Source: a virus. Taken from it: DNA of 64,000 nt. Below, piece by piece: positions 54,727 to 64,000 of the stretch (its first letter is position 1; every line of letters begins with the position of its first letter). A program made the translations under genes and the position numbers. The stretch covers positions 61,443-125,442 of IMG/VR virus record IMGVR_UViG_3300045988_115054; one strand, given 5' to 3'. The notes below the pieces were generated by a model. It was not told where the DNA came from. It searched no databases and worked only from the letters and a program-made list of their open reading frames with translations.

Positions 54727-55755
54727 ATGTTAGACAATATAAAAAAAGAACTATTGTCTAATCCTGAAAAAATAAGAGAAGTCTTGGAGCATTTTGATTA
54801 TTGTCATGTAGTGATCAGAAACACATATATGTCATTTGGTCGAGATGAGGTTTCTTCAAAGAAGTCCATAGTAATCAATTTGAAAAATAACAAAGCGTTG
54901 TTTGTGCATGATTATGCTAGAGCAATCCAAAAAGATTTGTTCTCATATATTATGCAGCAACGTGGAGTTGATTTTGCAGAGGTTTTAGGAGTTGTTAAAA
55001 ACATCTTAGGGATTACTGATTACTATGATTTCTTTGATAGACAAGGTATTTTTGGCGGATTTTATGAAAGGATTAGAAATCACAATGTAGTTCGAATCCA
55101 AACTTATGATGAATCTATATTAGATAAATACAATAATGTAGGGAATTTAAGATTCCTTAAAGATAATATATCACTTGAAGCACAAAGAATTTTTGGCATT
55201 CGGTTTGATACATCATCTCAAGGAATCGCAATTCCGATTAGAAATCAATTAGGACAATTAATTGGTGTAAAAGAAAGATTTAACTATGACGTTGAAGATG
55301 GTGAAATGAAATATTTCTACGATGTTCCGTGTCAAATGTCTCAAACATTATATGGATATTCTCAGAATTATCAGTATTTAGCCAACGGTGTTGTGTTGAT
55401 ATTTGAGGCAGAGAAATCTGTAATGCAGTGTTTTACATATGGAATTAGAAACTGTGTGGCACTTGGCAGTGGAACAATCAGCAAGAAACAGGTGCAATTA
55501 TTATTGGAATTAAATCCTAAAAAAGTAATATTTATGCATGACGTTGGCTATGATATTGAGAATATCATGAGAAATATTGACATGGTAAAAGGATACTCAA
55601 GATTTGCTGAGATTGAGTTAGGATACTGGAATTTTAATTTAAGTGAGTATTCCAATAAGGTATCACCGTCCGATATGGGAAAAGAAAAGTTAAATTACAT
55701 ATTAGAAAACGAAATAAAAATGATAGGGGATGAAGACGTCGAAGAAGAAATATAA
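54727..55755 (+). CDS. putative DNA primase (TOPRIM domain)
   Basis: VLIFEAEKSV (catalytic Glu) and KVIFMHDVGYDIE (acidic cluster) are spaced as in TOPRIM. The gene lies directly after the helicase. Confidence 0.45.
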   Translation: MLDNIKKELLSNPEKIREVLEHFDYCHVVIRNTYMSFGRDEVSSKKSIVINLKNNKALFVHDYARAIQKDLFSYIMQQRGVDFAEVLGVVKNILGITDYYDFFDRQGIFGGFYERIRNHNVVRIQTYDESILDKYNNVGNLRFLKDNISLEAQRIFGIRFDTSSQGIAIPIRNQLGQLIGVKERFNYDVEDGEMKYFYDVPCQMSQTLYGYSQNYQYLANGVVLIFEAEKSVMQCFTYGIRNCVALGSGTISKKQVQLLLELNPKKVIFMHDVGYDIENIMRNIDMVKGYSRFAEIELGYWNFNLSEYSNKVSPSDMGKEKLNYILENEIKMIGDEDVEEEI

Positions 55756-57349
55756 CATTTTGAACGATTGCAGAGGACTTTTTGAAGATGAGGTATTTGA
55801 AATTATCATGCAGGAGCGTGGTATTGATGATCCAGAACATTTTCTAAATCCTACGGAAGATGATTTACTTCCTCTTGATGACTTAAAAAATATTGATAAA
55901 GCATATAAGCTTTTGGTAGATGCAGTATACAAAGATAAACGTATTGCAGTACATTTTGATACAGATACTGACGGAATCACATCTGGTGCCATTATGACAC
56001 GATATTTAAAAAACATGACAGAAAATCCAGTAGATGTATACATTAACCGAGGCAAACAGCATGGATTAGTAAATCAGGACATTGCTAAGTTTTATGGGTA
56101 TGATTTACTGATTGTCGTTGATAGTTTAGATAAAGACGAGACTCAGTATAAGGATTTAAAAGAAACAGGAGTTGATGTGATTGTGTTAGACCACCATGCC
56201 ATCGATCCAGATGTTCCTTATGACAACTATTGCACATTAGTTTCTTCTCAGAGAGAATATGAAAATCCACAGCTATCTGGCGCAGGTGTTGTTTGGAAGT
56301 TTTGCAAGTATATTGATGAGCAGAATGGTACAGATTATGCAGATGATTTGGTCGATCTAGCAGGCGTTGGGCTGATTGCAGATATGATGGATATGAGAGT
56401 AATGGAGAATCGTTACATTGTATCCGAAGCTTTGAAAGAAATTAGAAATCCTGCGATTAAGAAGATTATTGGTGGATTTGAATTCAACAGCACAGCAGTT
56501 GCTTTTAGTATTGCACCGTTGGTTAATGCTGCAAACAGAATGGATCAGAATGAAATTGCTCTAAATGCTTTCCTTGAAGATGACAATAAAAAGTTACGAG
56601 GATATATTAAACAGTTAAAGCAATGCAAAGAAGACCAAAATGAAGAGGTCGCACAGCTGATGCCAATGATTGCAGAGCAGTGTGAGGCTCAGAGTGATAA
56701 AAAGATGATCACAACTTTTATTGACACTGATTATGGTATTTCTGGATTAATTGGGAACAAGTTACTTGAAAAATATCAGAAACCGATTCTTGTGCTAAAG
56801 AAAAATGAAGATACATACGCAGGATCTATGCGAGCTGTTGGTGTCAAAGACTTTAGACAGATGTGTAATGATAGTCAATTGGCTGAAGCGAATGGACATG
56901 AACTTGCCAGTGGTATTGAAATTCCTAGAAAGAACTTTACCGAGTTCACCTCTTATATAGAAGAAACTCTTCCAGATAAACCAGAAGATACAACAGTTGA
57001 TGTCGATATTATGCTTGATATTTCAGACATTACAAGAAAAATGGTTGACACGATTAAGAAAATTGATCGTATTTCTGGGCAGGGATTTAAGCCTGTAAGA
57101 GTTTATATTGAAGAGATTGACGACTATGACATTGGTCAGATGAGCAATTATAAACATCTTGTCCTGAAACCATGTAACAATGATAAATTGTGGATCATTA
57201 AATGGAACTATGATGGATCGTTTGAGGATATGGAAGACCATTCTATGATGAATGATGAGTTTTGTGCAGTTACTACACTTGATTGCGGATTCTTTGGAAG
57301 AAAGTTTGTGCTGAAAGCTGTGTGTGATTCACTTGAAGAGGTGGGATGA
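55730..57349 (+). CDS. recJ: RecJ-like DHH-family ssDNA exonuclease
   Basis: DHH motifs I (VHFDTDTDGITSG) and III (VIVLDHHAIDP) are present. The size and domain order resemble RecJ. Confidence 0.6.
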   Translation: MKTSKKKYNILNDCRGLFEDEVFEIIMQERGIDDPEHFLNPTEDDLLPLDDLKNIDKAYKLLVDAVYKDKRIAVHFDTDTDGITSGAIMTRYLKNMTENPVDVYINRGKQHGLVNQDIAKFYGYDLLIVVDSLDKDETQYKDLKETGVDVIVLDHHAIDPDVPYDNYCTLVSSQREYENPQLSGAGVVWKFCKYIDEQNGTDYADDLVDLAGVGLIADMMDMRVMENRYIVSEALKEIRNPAIKKIIGGFEFNSTAVAFSIAPLVNAANRMDQNEIALNAFLEDDNKKLRGYIKQLKQCKEDQNEEVAQLMPMIAEQCEAQSDKKMITTFIDTDYGISGLIGNKLLEKYQKPILVLKKNEDTYAGSMRAVGVKDFRQMCNDSQLAEANGHELASGIEIPRKNFTEFTSYIEETLPDKPEDTTVDVDIMLDISDITRKMVDTIKKIDRISGQGFKPVRVYIEEIDDYDIGQMSNYKHLVLKPCNNDKLWIIKWNYDGSFEDMEDHSMMNDEFCAVTTLDCGFFGRKFVLKAVCDSLEEVG

Positions 57350-58611
57350 TTATGGCAGGAAAAGAAGTATTTTGTTCAGTCTGCGGTTTATCATCTACTT
57401 TGGACGGACATTTTTGGAAAGAAAAGAAGTTGTGCAACAGACACAATATGCAGTTAGAAAAACATGGAAAACTGTTAGATAAAGATATAGTGATCCCTAA
57501 AAAGAGGCATAGATGGACTCCAGAAGAAGAAGTCAGATTAGAAGAGTTGTATAAACAAGGAGTTTCTTTTGAAAAAATTAGTAAACAAATGAATCTATCC
57601 GTGGCAGCCATAGCGGCTCGAAGTCGTCATTTGAATCTTGGCAATAAGTATATGAGGTCTAATAATCCTAATTTTAAAGCCACATATCAGGATTATGATT
57701 GGTGTTATGAAAGATATGTTGTTAAGGGAATGACTCATCAAGAAATGGCAGATGAATGTGGTGCCTCGTTAAGAGTTATTCAGAAATGGTGTTCTGAAGT
57801 TCATAAATTAAATTGTTGGACTTTCAAAAACAATAAGACATTAACCGATAAACAGTATCAAATTATTTTATTTGGCACATTAGGAGATGGGCATATTGAT
57901 AAGAGAGAGACGCAACCTTTGTATATTGAATGTCATTCTATAGCAGAAAAGGATTACGTGTTTTGGAAATATGAAGAATTAAAAGATTTATGTAACTCTG
58001 AGCCAAAGTATTATGAAGGTGGCTATAAAGATTTTGGTTCTGGTACAAAGTATTGGTGTAAACCACATTACAGATTTGAGACAAGAATTATTAATCAATT
58101 GAAGGACATTCGAGACATGCCAAGAATCAATAAGATTTGGCAATTGAATGAATTTGGATTATCTCTTCATTGCTTAGACGATGGATGCAGAGGTAAATCA
58201 GCGTGGGAATTATGTTTGGCAGAATATACTCAGCAAGAAATTGATTTATATATCAAGCTGTGTAAAAAGAGATTTGGGTTATATGCTAAACAGCAGACAG
58301 ATAAAAGATATATAAGATTTGATTCAGATTCAAGTAGAATTATTGATCAAATTATTTTAAACAATATTCCTAATTCGCTTGACATTATCAAAAAGAAGAT
58401 ATTAGAAAACGATAAAATTTCTAAAAAAGTAAGATACATTTATGTTGTCATGCAGAACGGAGAACAGATTGGTTTATCTACATATTGTAGATCTCATGGT
58501 ATTCCATATGAAAAGACAAGAAAATATGTCATTGAGCACAATATCTCTCGAATTCAAGAAGCTGATCTACTAAATAGATTAAAAGCTGGAGGATTAATGA
58601 ATGCGGTATAA
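57346..58611 (+). CDS. free-standing homing endonuclease (LAGLIDADG-like, two motifs) with an N-terminal Zn-finger/HTH region
   Basis: LFGTLGDGHIDKRE and LHCLDDGCRGKS are LAGLIDADG-like. The N-terminus reads CSVCG...CNRHNMQLEKHG. The gene overlaps both flanking genes by a few nucleotides. Confidence 0.45.
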   Translation: MIMAGKEVFCSVCGLSSTLDGHFWKEKKLCNRHNMQLEKHGKLLDKDIVIPKKRHRWTPEEEVRLEELYKQGVSFEKISKQMNLSVAAIAARSRHLNLGNKYMRSNNPNFKATYQDYDWCYERYVVKGMTHQEMADECGASLRVIQKWCSEVHKLNCWTFKNNKTLTDKQYQIILFGTLGDGHIDKRETQPLYIECHSIAEKDYVFWKYEELKDLCNSEPKYYEGGYKDFGSGTKYWCKPHYRFETRIINQLKDIRDMPRINKIWQLNEFGLSLHCLDDGCRGKSAWELCLAEYTQQEIDLYIKLCKKRFGLYAKQQTDKRYIRFDSDSSRIIDQIILNNIPNSLDIIKKKILENDKISKKVRYIYVVMQNGEQIGLSTYCRSHGIPYEKTRKYVIEHNISRIQEADLLNRLKAGGLMNAV

Positions 58612-61600
58612 CAATTATCATAAACACGATCATGTGTCAAATATCTTTACCCCAGATACAAATACTAAACAAGAAGAGTATATTCTTAAAGCATTGGAGT
58701 ATGGGCATACAAGTTATTATAGTACGAATCATGGCAGTTTTGGAGATATCTTTGAAGCCAGAACATTGTGTAATAAGTATGGATTGCGTTGTATTGCAGG
58801 CATCGAAGGATATATTGTCCCAAATGCGTCGCAAAAAGACAAAAGGAATTATCATATTATAGTGATCCCTAAAACCGATGAAGCCAGAAAGAAGATGAAT
58901 TATGTATCAAGTATGGCAAACATCAAAGGGTTTTATTATAAACCAAGATTTTTTTTATCTGATTTATTAAAACTTGATCCCAATGATGTTTATATTACAA
59001 CTGCATGTGTAGCAGGATTATTACGAGATGAGGATTCAATTAATGAGATTTTTATGCCTCTATATAAGCATTTTAAAGAAAATGTAATGCTAGAAGTTCA
59101 GACTCATGATGATCCGTTGCAAATTGAAATCAATAAAAAGGCAATATATCTGTCTGATCAATATGGGTTAAGCTTAATTGCTGCAAATGATTCACACTAT
59201 ATTGACGAATCAGGCAAAGAAGAACGTCTGGAATTATTGCGAGGTAAACATATCAATTACGGCAGTGAAGACGATTTTATATTAGATTATCCTACTGCTG
59301 AAACAATGATTGAAAGATTCAAAAAACAAGGCGTTTTGACAGATAGACAAATCTCAGATGCATTAAATAACACATTGTTGTTTGATGAATGTGAAGAAAT
59401 ACAACTCGATTATTCAATTAAAATGCCTACGATTTATCCTAACTTGACTCCCGAACAAAGAGTGGGTCTTCTAAAAAAAGAAGTAAATAAACGGTTCAAG
59501 GAGATTCGAAAAGAAGAACATATTGAAGGAGAAGAGTTTAAAAAATATAAAGATGGAATTCGATATGAGATGAAAATCATCGAGGATACTAACGATGAAA
59601 TACATACAGCGGACTATTTTTTGTTTAATGAGAAAAATGTAGATCTTGCAGTTAATAAATATGGTGGTGTATTGACTCGTGGTGGAAGAGGTAGTTGCGG
59701 TTCCTTCTATATAAATAGGATATTGGGAATGACACAACTAGATAGATTTAAAATTAATCTTCCGCTTTTCCCAGACAGATTTGCTTCTACTGCCAGATTG
59801 CTAGAGAATCGCTCATTGCCCGATATAGATTTTAACGTAAAATCCCAAGAACCATTTATTAAAGCTTCAAGGGAATTGCTTGGTGAACACGGGTGTTATC
59901 CAATGTATGCACCAGGAACCATGCAAATATCTGAAGCATTTAGAAATGTATGTAGATCTAAGAATATGTCATTTGACGAATTTAATCATGTGGCAAAAAA
60001 TCTGGAAGAATATCAAGATGATCCGAAATGGAAACCGATTATCGAAGAGGCAAATCGCTATGTTGGAACAATTATATCTGGTTCTGTACATCCTTGCGCC
60101 CATATTTTAAGCAACACTAATTTGCTTTATGAGTACGGTGTTACTCGTTTAGGTGAAAACGTATGTGTTTTAATTACTTCATCTGAAGCAGATGAATATA
60201 AGGTACTTAAAAACGATTATCTTATCGTCACGGTCTGGAAGCTTATTGACGAAACATTTAAAGAGATTGGAATTCCGATTATTAAGGCAAATGAATTATT
60301 GGATAAAATTAAAGATGATCAGAGAATATGGGATTTATTTAAAAATGGTATTACATGTACTTTAAATCAGGTTGATAGCGACAATGGATGTAGACAAGCA
60401 AAACAGTATGGTATTTCGTCATTTGAGGATGGCGCCCATATTGCAGCAGCCATAAGACCGTCTTTTGATTCATGGAGAGAACAGTTTTTAGACAGAAAAC
60501 CATATACAACTGGTTCAGATCAGCTTGACGATGTTTTGAAAGATACTCATGGATACATTTTATTTCAAGAATCATTAATGCAATATTTTGACTGGTTGGG
60601 GGTTAGTCCAGCTGAATCTATTGGTTTAATTAAGAAAATTTCCAAGAAAAAAATTAAACAATCGGATTTTGATAATCTTGAGGAAAGAATCAAAAAGCAA
60701 TGGATTATTAATACTGGCTCAGAAGAAATGTTTTCCGAAACATGGCATTTGGTACAAAGTTGTATGAGTTACGGATTTTGTTCAGCCCATGCAGCAGCAA
60801 CCTCATTGGACATGTGTTATGGAGCATATCTAAAGGTCAATTATCCTTACGAATACTACAGTGTTTGCTTCAATAATTACGTTGGAGACAAAGAACGAAC
60901 GAATAAACTAACAAATGAGTTAGAGTATTTTGGTATTAAATTAAGCGACATTAAGTTTAGACACTCTAACTCAAAATATTCTTATGATAAAGAGGGTCAT
61001 ACAATATTCAAAGGCATGTCGTCCATTAAATTTGTTGGAGATAATGTTGGAGAAGAACTGTATGCATTACGAGATAATCAATATGATTCTTTTATAGATT
61101 TGTTGCAAGACATATCTAATACATCTGTCAATTCTAAACAGTTAGATATTTTAATTAAATTAGATTTCTTTTCTGAATTTGGAGACATTAATTATCTACT
61201 TAAACAGGTTGAGTGCTATGACAAATTCTATGGCAGAAAACAGTTTACAATTTCGAAGCTCCAAAAAGAAGGCGAAGATATTGAATTAATCAAAAAGTAT
61301 TGTCAGAAACAGACAGAAAAAACATTGAAAGAATTTGATTATATTGGATTTTTGAAAGATATGACATCAAGTATGGCATATTCACTAGTTTCAATAACTG
61401 AACGGATGGATTATCAGAAAGAATATATTGGTTACATCAGTTACATTAACCCTAACATTGGCAAGCGATATTACTATGTCAAAGATTTATCTGTAACAAA
61501 ATCCATCGTCAACATTCAGTTATATGAAATTTATTCTGGAAAAACACAGAAAGTAAAAATGTGGACAACCCAATATAAGAAGAATCCATTCGATGAAGGA

Positions 61601-61765
61601 GATATTCTATATCTGAAATCAGTTGAGAAGAAACATAAAAAAGAACCAACTGGGGAGATCAATCCAAAAACAGGAAAGAAAATCTACAAAGATGTGCCAG
61701 ATAAATTTGAGTTTTGGCTTAAGAATTTCACTATTAAAAATGACGTAGAGGAGGAATTAGTATAA
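58601..61765 (+). CDS. dnaE: DNA polymerase III alpha subunit (DnaE-type) with an N-terminal PHP domain
   Basis: The PHP motifs HKHDHVSNIFTPD and HTSYYSTNHGS are present. The palm motif GRGSCGSFYINRILGMT matches DnaE GRGSAAGSLVAYxLGIT. The protein is 1054 aa. Confidence 0.85.
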   Translation: MRYNNYHKHDHVSNIFTPDTNTKQEEYILKALEYGHTSYYSTNHGSFGDIFEARTLCNKYGLRCIAGIEGYIVPNASQKDKRNYHIIVIPKTDEARKKMNYVSSMANIKGFYYKPRFFLSDLLKLDPNDVYITTACVAGLLRDEDSINEIFMPLYKHFKENVMLEVQTHDDPLQIEINKKAIYLSDQYGLSLIAANDSHYIDESGKEERLELLRGKHINYGSEDDFILDYPTAETMIERFKKQGVLTDRQISDALNNTLLFDECEEIQLDYSIKMPTIYPNLTPEQRVGLLKKEVNKRFKEIRKEEHIEGEEFKKYKDGIRYEMKIIEDTNDEIHTADYFLFNEKNVDLAVNKYGGVLTRGGRGSCGSFYINRILGMTQLDRFKINLPLFPDRFASTARLLENRSLPDIDFNVKSQEPFIKASRELLGEHGCYPMYAPGTMQISEAFRNVCRSKNMSFDEFNHVAKNLEEYQDDPKWKPIIEEANRYVGTIISGSVHPCAHILSNTNLLYEYGVTRLGENVCVLITSSEADEYKVLKNDYLIVTVWKLIDETFKEIGIPIIKANELLDKIKDDQRIWDLFKNGITCTLNQVDSDNGCRQAKQYGISSFEDGAHIAAAIRPSFDSWREQFLDRKPYTTGSDQLDDVLKDTHGYILFQESLMQYFDWLGVSPAESIGLIKKISKKKIKQSDFDNLEERIKKQWIINTGSEEMFSETWHLVQSCMSYGFCSAHAAATSLDMCYGAYLKVNYPYEYYSVCFNNYVGDKERTNKLTNELEYFGIKLSDIKFRHSNSKYSYDKEGHTIFKGMSSIKFVGDNVGEELYALRDNQYDSFIDLLQDISNTSVNSKQLDILIKLDFFSEFGDINYLLKQVECYDKFYGRKQFTISKLQKEGEDIELIKKYCQKQTEKTLKEFDYIGFLKDMTSSMAYSLVSITERMDYQKEYIGYISYINPNIGKRYYYVKDLSVTKSIVNIQLYEIYSGKTQKVKMWTTQYKKNPFDEGDILYLKSVEKKHKKEPTGEINPKTGKKIYKDVPDKFEFWLKNFTIKNDVEEELV

Positions 61766-61815
61766 TTCAATTTTACAAATATACCGACAAGGAAATCAAA
61801 GAACTCGTCAGCTCG

Positions 61816-62298
61816 ATGACAATCCTTGTCGACACAAGGGAGCAAAAAGCCGATCATATCATAGGTTACTTCGATAGAAAAAGTGTAAATCATAAAAAGA
61901 AAGCATTGAATTATGGAGACTACAGTTTCATGATTCCTGCAAATGAGAAGCTTGGTATTCAGAGAGATATGTATTTTGACAGCAAAGTATGTGTTGAGCG
62001 CAAAGGAAGTCTTGAAGAAATCAGTGGCAATTTATCAAAAGATCGTACCAGATTTGAAAAAGAGCTAAGTCTTGCACCAGAGACAAAAGTTATCTTACTT
62101 GAAAATGCCAATTATTCAGATATTGCAGATGGCAATTATAACACGCAGTATAACAAGAAATCATTCATTGGATCATTGCATAGCTTCTGGTTCAAATACG
62201 ATGTGCCGATATTCTTCATGCCAGATAATAAATATTCTGGGCTGTTTATTAGATTATATTTTGAGTATTACTTTAAAAATTATTTAAAAGGGAAATGA
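61816..62298 (+). CDS. ERCC4/Mus81-type nuclease domain protein
   Basis: ILVDTREQK...NYGDYSF...VCVERKGSLEEISGNLSKDRTRFEKEL follows the ERCC4 pattern vD.RE....L..GDY....v.vERKs..DL..S...gR...Q. Confidence 0.5.
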   Translation: MTILVDTREQKADHIIGYFDRKSVNHKKKALNYGDYSFMIPANEKLGIQRDMYFDSKVCVERKGSLEEISGNLSKDRTRFEKELSLAPETKVILLENANYSDIADGNYNTQYNKKSFIGSLHSFWFKYDVPIFFMPDNKYSGLFIRLYFEYYFKNYLKGK

Positions 62299-62313
62299 GG
62301 TGCTGCCTAAATA

Positions 62314-64000
62314 ATGGAGAGTCAGACATGCGGAAAGGTATGCGAGTTTGAAATGATTCCTACATATCAGATATTTTATAATGAAGAATCAATGTTTGGT
62401 ATCTATGCGTTTTGTACAAAAGATCAGATACCACAATTCATCCCATACAATGATAATAAATTTGATGACTCAGGAGATAAAGAATATGTTGCAAGTAAAC
62501 TTGTTGGAGAAGTTCAACAGTTATATATTGGGACAAAGTATAATGTAAAAGCGACATGTATTTATTCTCAAAAATATCACGAATATCAATATAAGCCGAT
62601 TTCGGTTGTTGCAGATGTTCCAAAAACACAGACCGATCAGCTAATGTTTTTAAAAACACAAGCGAAAGAATCAATTGCTGAAAGCTTGCTTGCTGAATAT
62701 CCAAATATTATTGAGGATGTTATGGCAGGCAAATGTAAGACGATTGACACATCTATGATTAAAGGACTTGGCAACAAGACATGGGCGAAGCTCAGAGAGA
62801 AGATCATTAATAATTATGTGATTTCTGAGGTTGTAGTTATGCTACAGCCTCATGGGATTACTTTTAATATGATTAAGAAATTGGTAGAAGCTGAGCCAGA
62901 TCCAGAAAAGTTAAAGTATAAAATCAACACAAATCCTTACATTTTAACTAAGATCAGAGGTCTTGGATTTAAGAAAGTTGATGATATTGCTTTAAAGATC
63001 CGTCCAGAGTTGAGAGATTCTAAGTATCGACTTGATTATTTTATGACGTATTATTTAACGAATCTTGGCGAAAGTGACGGACATACATATATGGCGATTG
63101 CCACATTGCGATCAGAAGTTAGTACAACAGTTGGGGAATGTCTACATATATTTGACGATTATGTTGAAAATGATTTTCCTTCAGACATCTATGTTAGTGG
63201 TGAATTAATTGGTTTGAAAAAATACCATGACACAGAAATGAATATACTGGCATTGTTGCAAGAACGCAGAGATACTAATTCTACTAAGAAGAAAGAGATA
63301 ATCACTGTAAACGAAATTGGACAAGTTATTGCTGAAGTTGAAAAAGAAGAAGGTTTTACGTTCAGCGAAGAGCAAAACAAAGGCATCTACACTGCATTAC
63401 AGACAAATGTTGTTTTAATTAGTGGTGAGGCTGGAACGGGTAAAACTACCTTATTAAAACCAATTATCAGATGTTATAAGAAACGAAATTATAGCATTGC
63501 TGCATGTGCGTTATCTGCGAAAGCAGCACAGAGAATCCAAGAAGCAACAGGATTAGAAGCAAAAACTATTCATAGATTGCTTGAGGCACAAGGCGTAGAC
63601 TCGTTTATGCACGATGCTAACAATCCGTTACCAATTGATGTAGTTCTTTTAGACGAAGCAAGTATGGTTAATGCAGGGTTGTTCTATCAATTACTTTTGG
63701 CAATTCGTCCAGGTACAAAGATTATTATTAGCGGAGATCATATGCAGTTACCACCAATTGGATATGGTAACATTTTCTCTGATCTACTCAAAATGGATGA
63801 GTTAGATTCAGTGCAATTAACGAAGCCAATGAGACAAGCAGAAAAGTCTGGTATTCTTAGTGATGCTAGAAAAGTGCGTAGAGCAATTTCTCCAATTGAG
63901 GATTTTAGTGCTAAACAAGTTCATGGAGAGCTGCATGATATGTTTTACATTTTCAGAAATAATCGTGAGAATATTTTTAATTTGGTTGTAAAGCAGTTCA
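62314..64000 (+). CDS. RecD-like SF1 DNA helicase (partial, runs off the window end)
   Basis: The Walker A GEAGTGKTT and Walker B VVLLDEASMV are present. The N-terminal region before the helicase core is about 330 aa. No stop codon occurs before position 64000. Confidence 0.65.
   Translation, partial: MESQTCGKVCEFEMIPTYQIFYNEESMFGIYAFCTKDQIPQFIPYNDNKFDDSGDKEYVASKLVGEVQQLYIGTKYNVKATCIYSQKYHEYQYKPISVVADVPKTQTDQLMFLKTQAKESIAESLLAEYPNIIEDVMAGKCKTIDTSMIKGLGNKTWAKLREKIINNYVISEVVVMLQPHGITFNMIKKLVEAEPDPEKLKYKINTNPYILTKIRGLGFKKVDDIALKIRPELRDSKYRLDYFMTYYLTNLGESDGHTYMAIATLRSEVSTTVGECLHIFDDYVENDFPSDIYVSGELIGLKKYHDTEMNILALLQERRDTNSTKKKEIITVNEIGQVIAEVEKEEGFTFSEEQNKGIYTALQTNVVLISGEAGTGKTTLLKPIIRCYKKRNYSIAACALSAKAAQRIQEATGLEAKTIHRLLEAQGVDSFMHDANNPLPIDVVLLDEASMVNAGLFYQLLLAIRPGTKIIISGDHMQLPPIGYGNIFSDLLKMDELDSVQLTKPMRQAEKSGILSDARKVRRAISPIEDFSAKQVHGELHDMFYIFRNNRENIFNLVVKQF

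Noticed and set aside
1-64000. CRISPR arrays, rRNA genes, insertion sequences with terminal inverted repeats and transposase
   Set aside because: No regularly spaced direct repeats, no rRNA-like conserved blocks and no transposase-like ORF (DDE or HUH motifs) were seen anywhere in the window.

Overview
The window reads as about 64 kb of the early and DNA-replication regions of a large, low-GC (Firmicutes-type) virulent-like or temperate phage, or a prophage segment. Almost every gene is on the + strand. No structural or lysis genes are present.

Layout, left to right:
- (1) About 1.5 kb of strongly composition-skewed non-coding DNA: a C-depleted block with TGTGTAAAA-type repeats, then a G-depleted (ATA/ACA)n-like low-complexity tract.
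- (2) A divergent switch: a minus-strand XRE repressor, then two tandem near-consensus sigma70 promoters with a palindromic operator in the spacer. These feed an ~800-nt highly structured untranslated leader.
- (3) About 9 kb of tightly packed small early ORFs sharing a conserved AGGTGGAAATTATG-type translation initiation region.
- (4) A hicAB toxin-antitoxin pair and two Bro-N-type antirepressors.
- (5) A replisome-organizer gene, a tyrosine recombinase and a metallophosphoesterase.
- (6) An AT-rich islet carrying an orphan MazF/EndoA-like toxin under its own operator-bearing promoter.
- (7) A block of unknown large proteins followed by an RlmN/Cfr-family radical SAM enzyme, a flotillin (SPFH) protein and a membrane coiled-coil protein.
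- (8) A tRNA gene whose anticodon loop carries an ~67-nt insertion, then a second divergent XRE/promoter switch with a lipoprotein.
- (9) Two tandem DUF2829 (Tad2-like) genes next to an NrnA-like DHH/DHHA1 phosphoesterase, forming a candidate anti-defence island.
- (10) A phage sigma factor, a PF10127-like nucleotidyltransferase coupled to a HigA-like HTH gene, and a nucleoside 2-deoxyribosyltransferase-like gene.
- (11) A second sigma factor and the replication module: an SSB-like protein, a DnaB-like helicase, a TOPRIM primase, a RecJ-like exonuclease, a free-standing LAGLIDADG-like homing endonuclease, DnaE-type Pol III alpha, an ERCC4-like nuclease and a partial RecD-like helicase.

All functional calls rest on motifs I can see in the translations. 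No database search was run.
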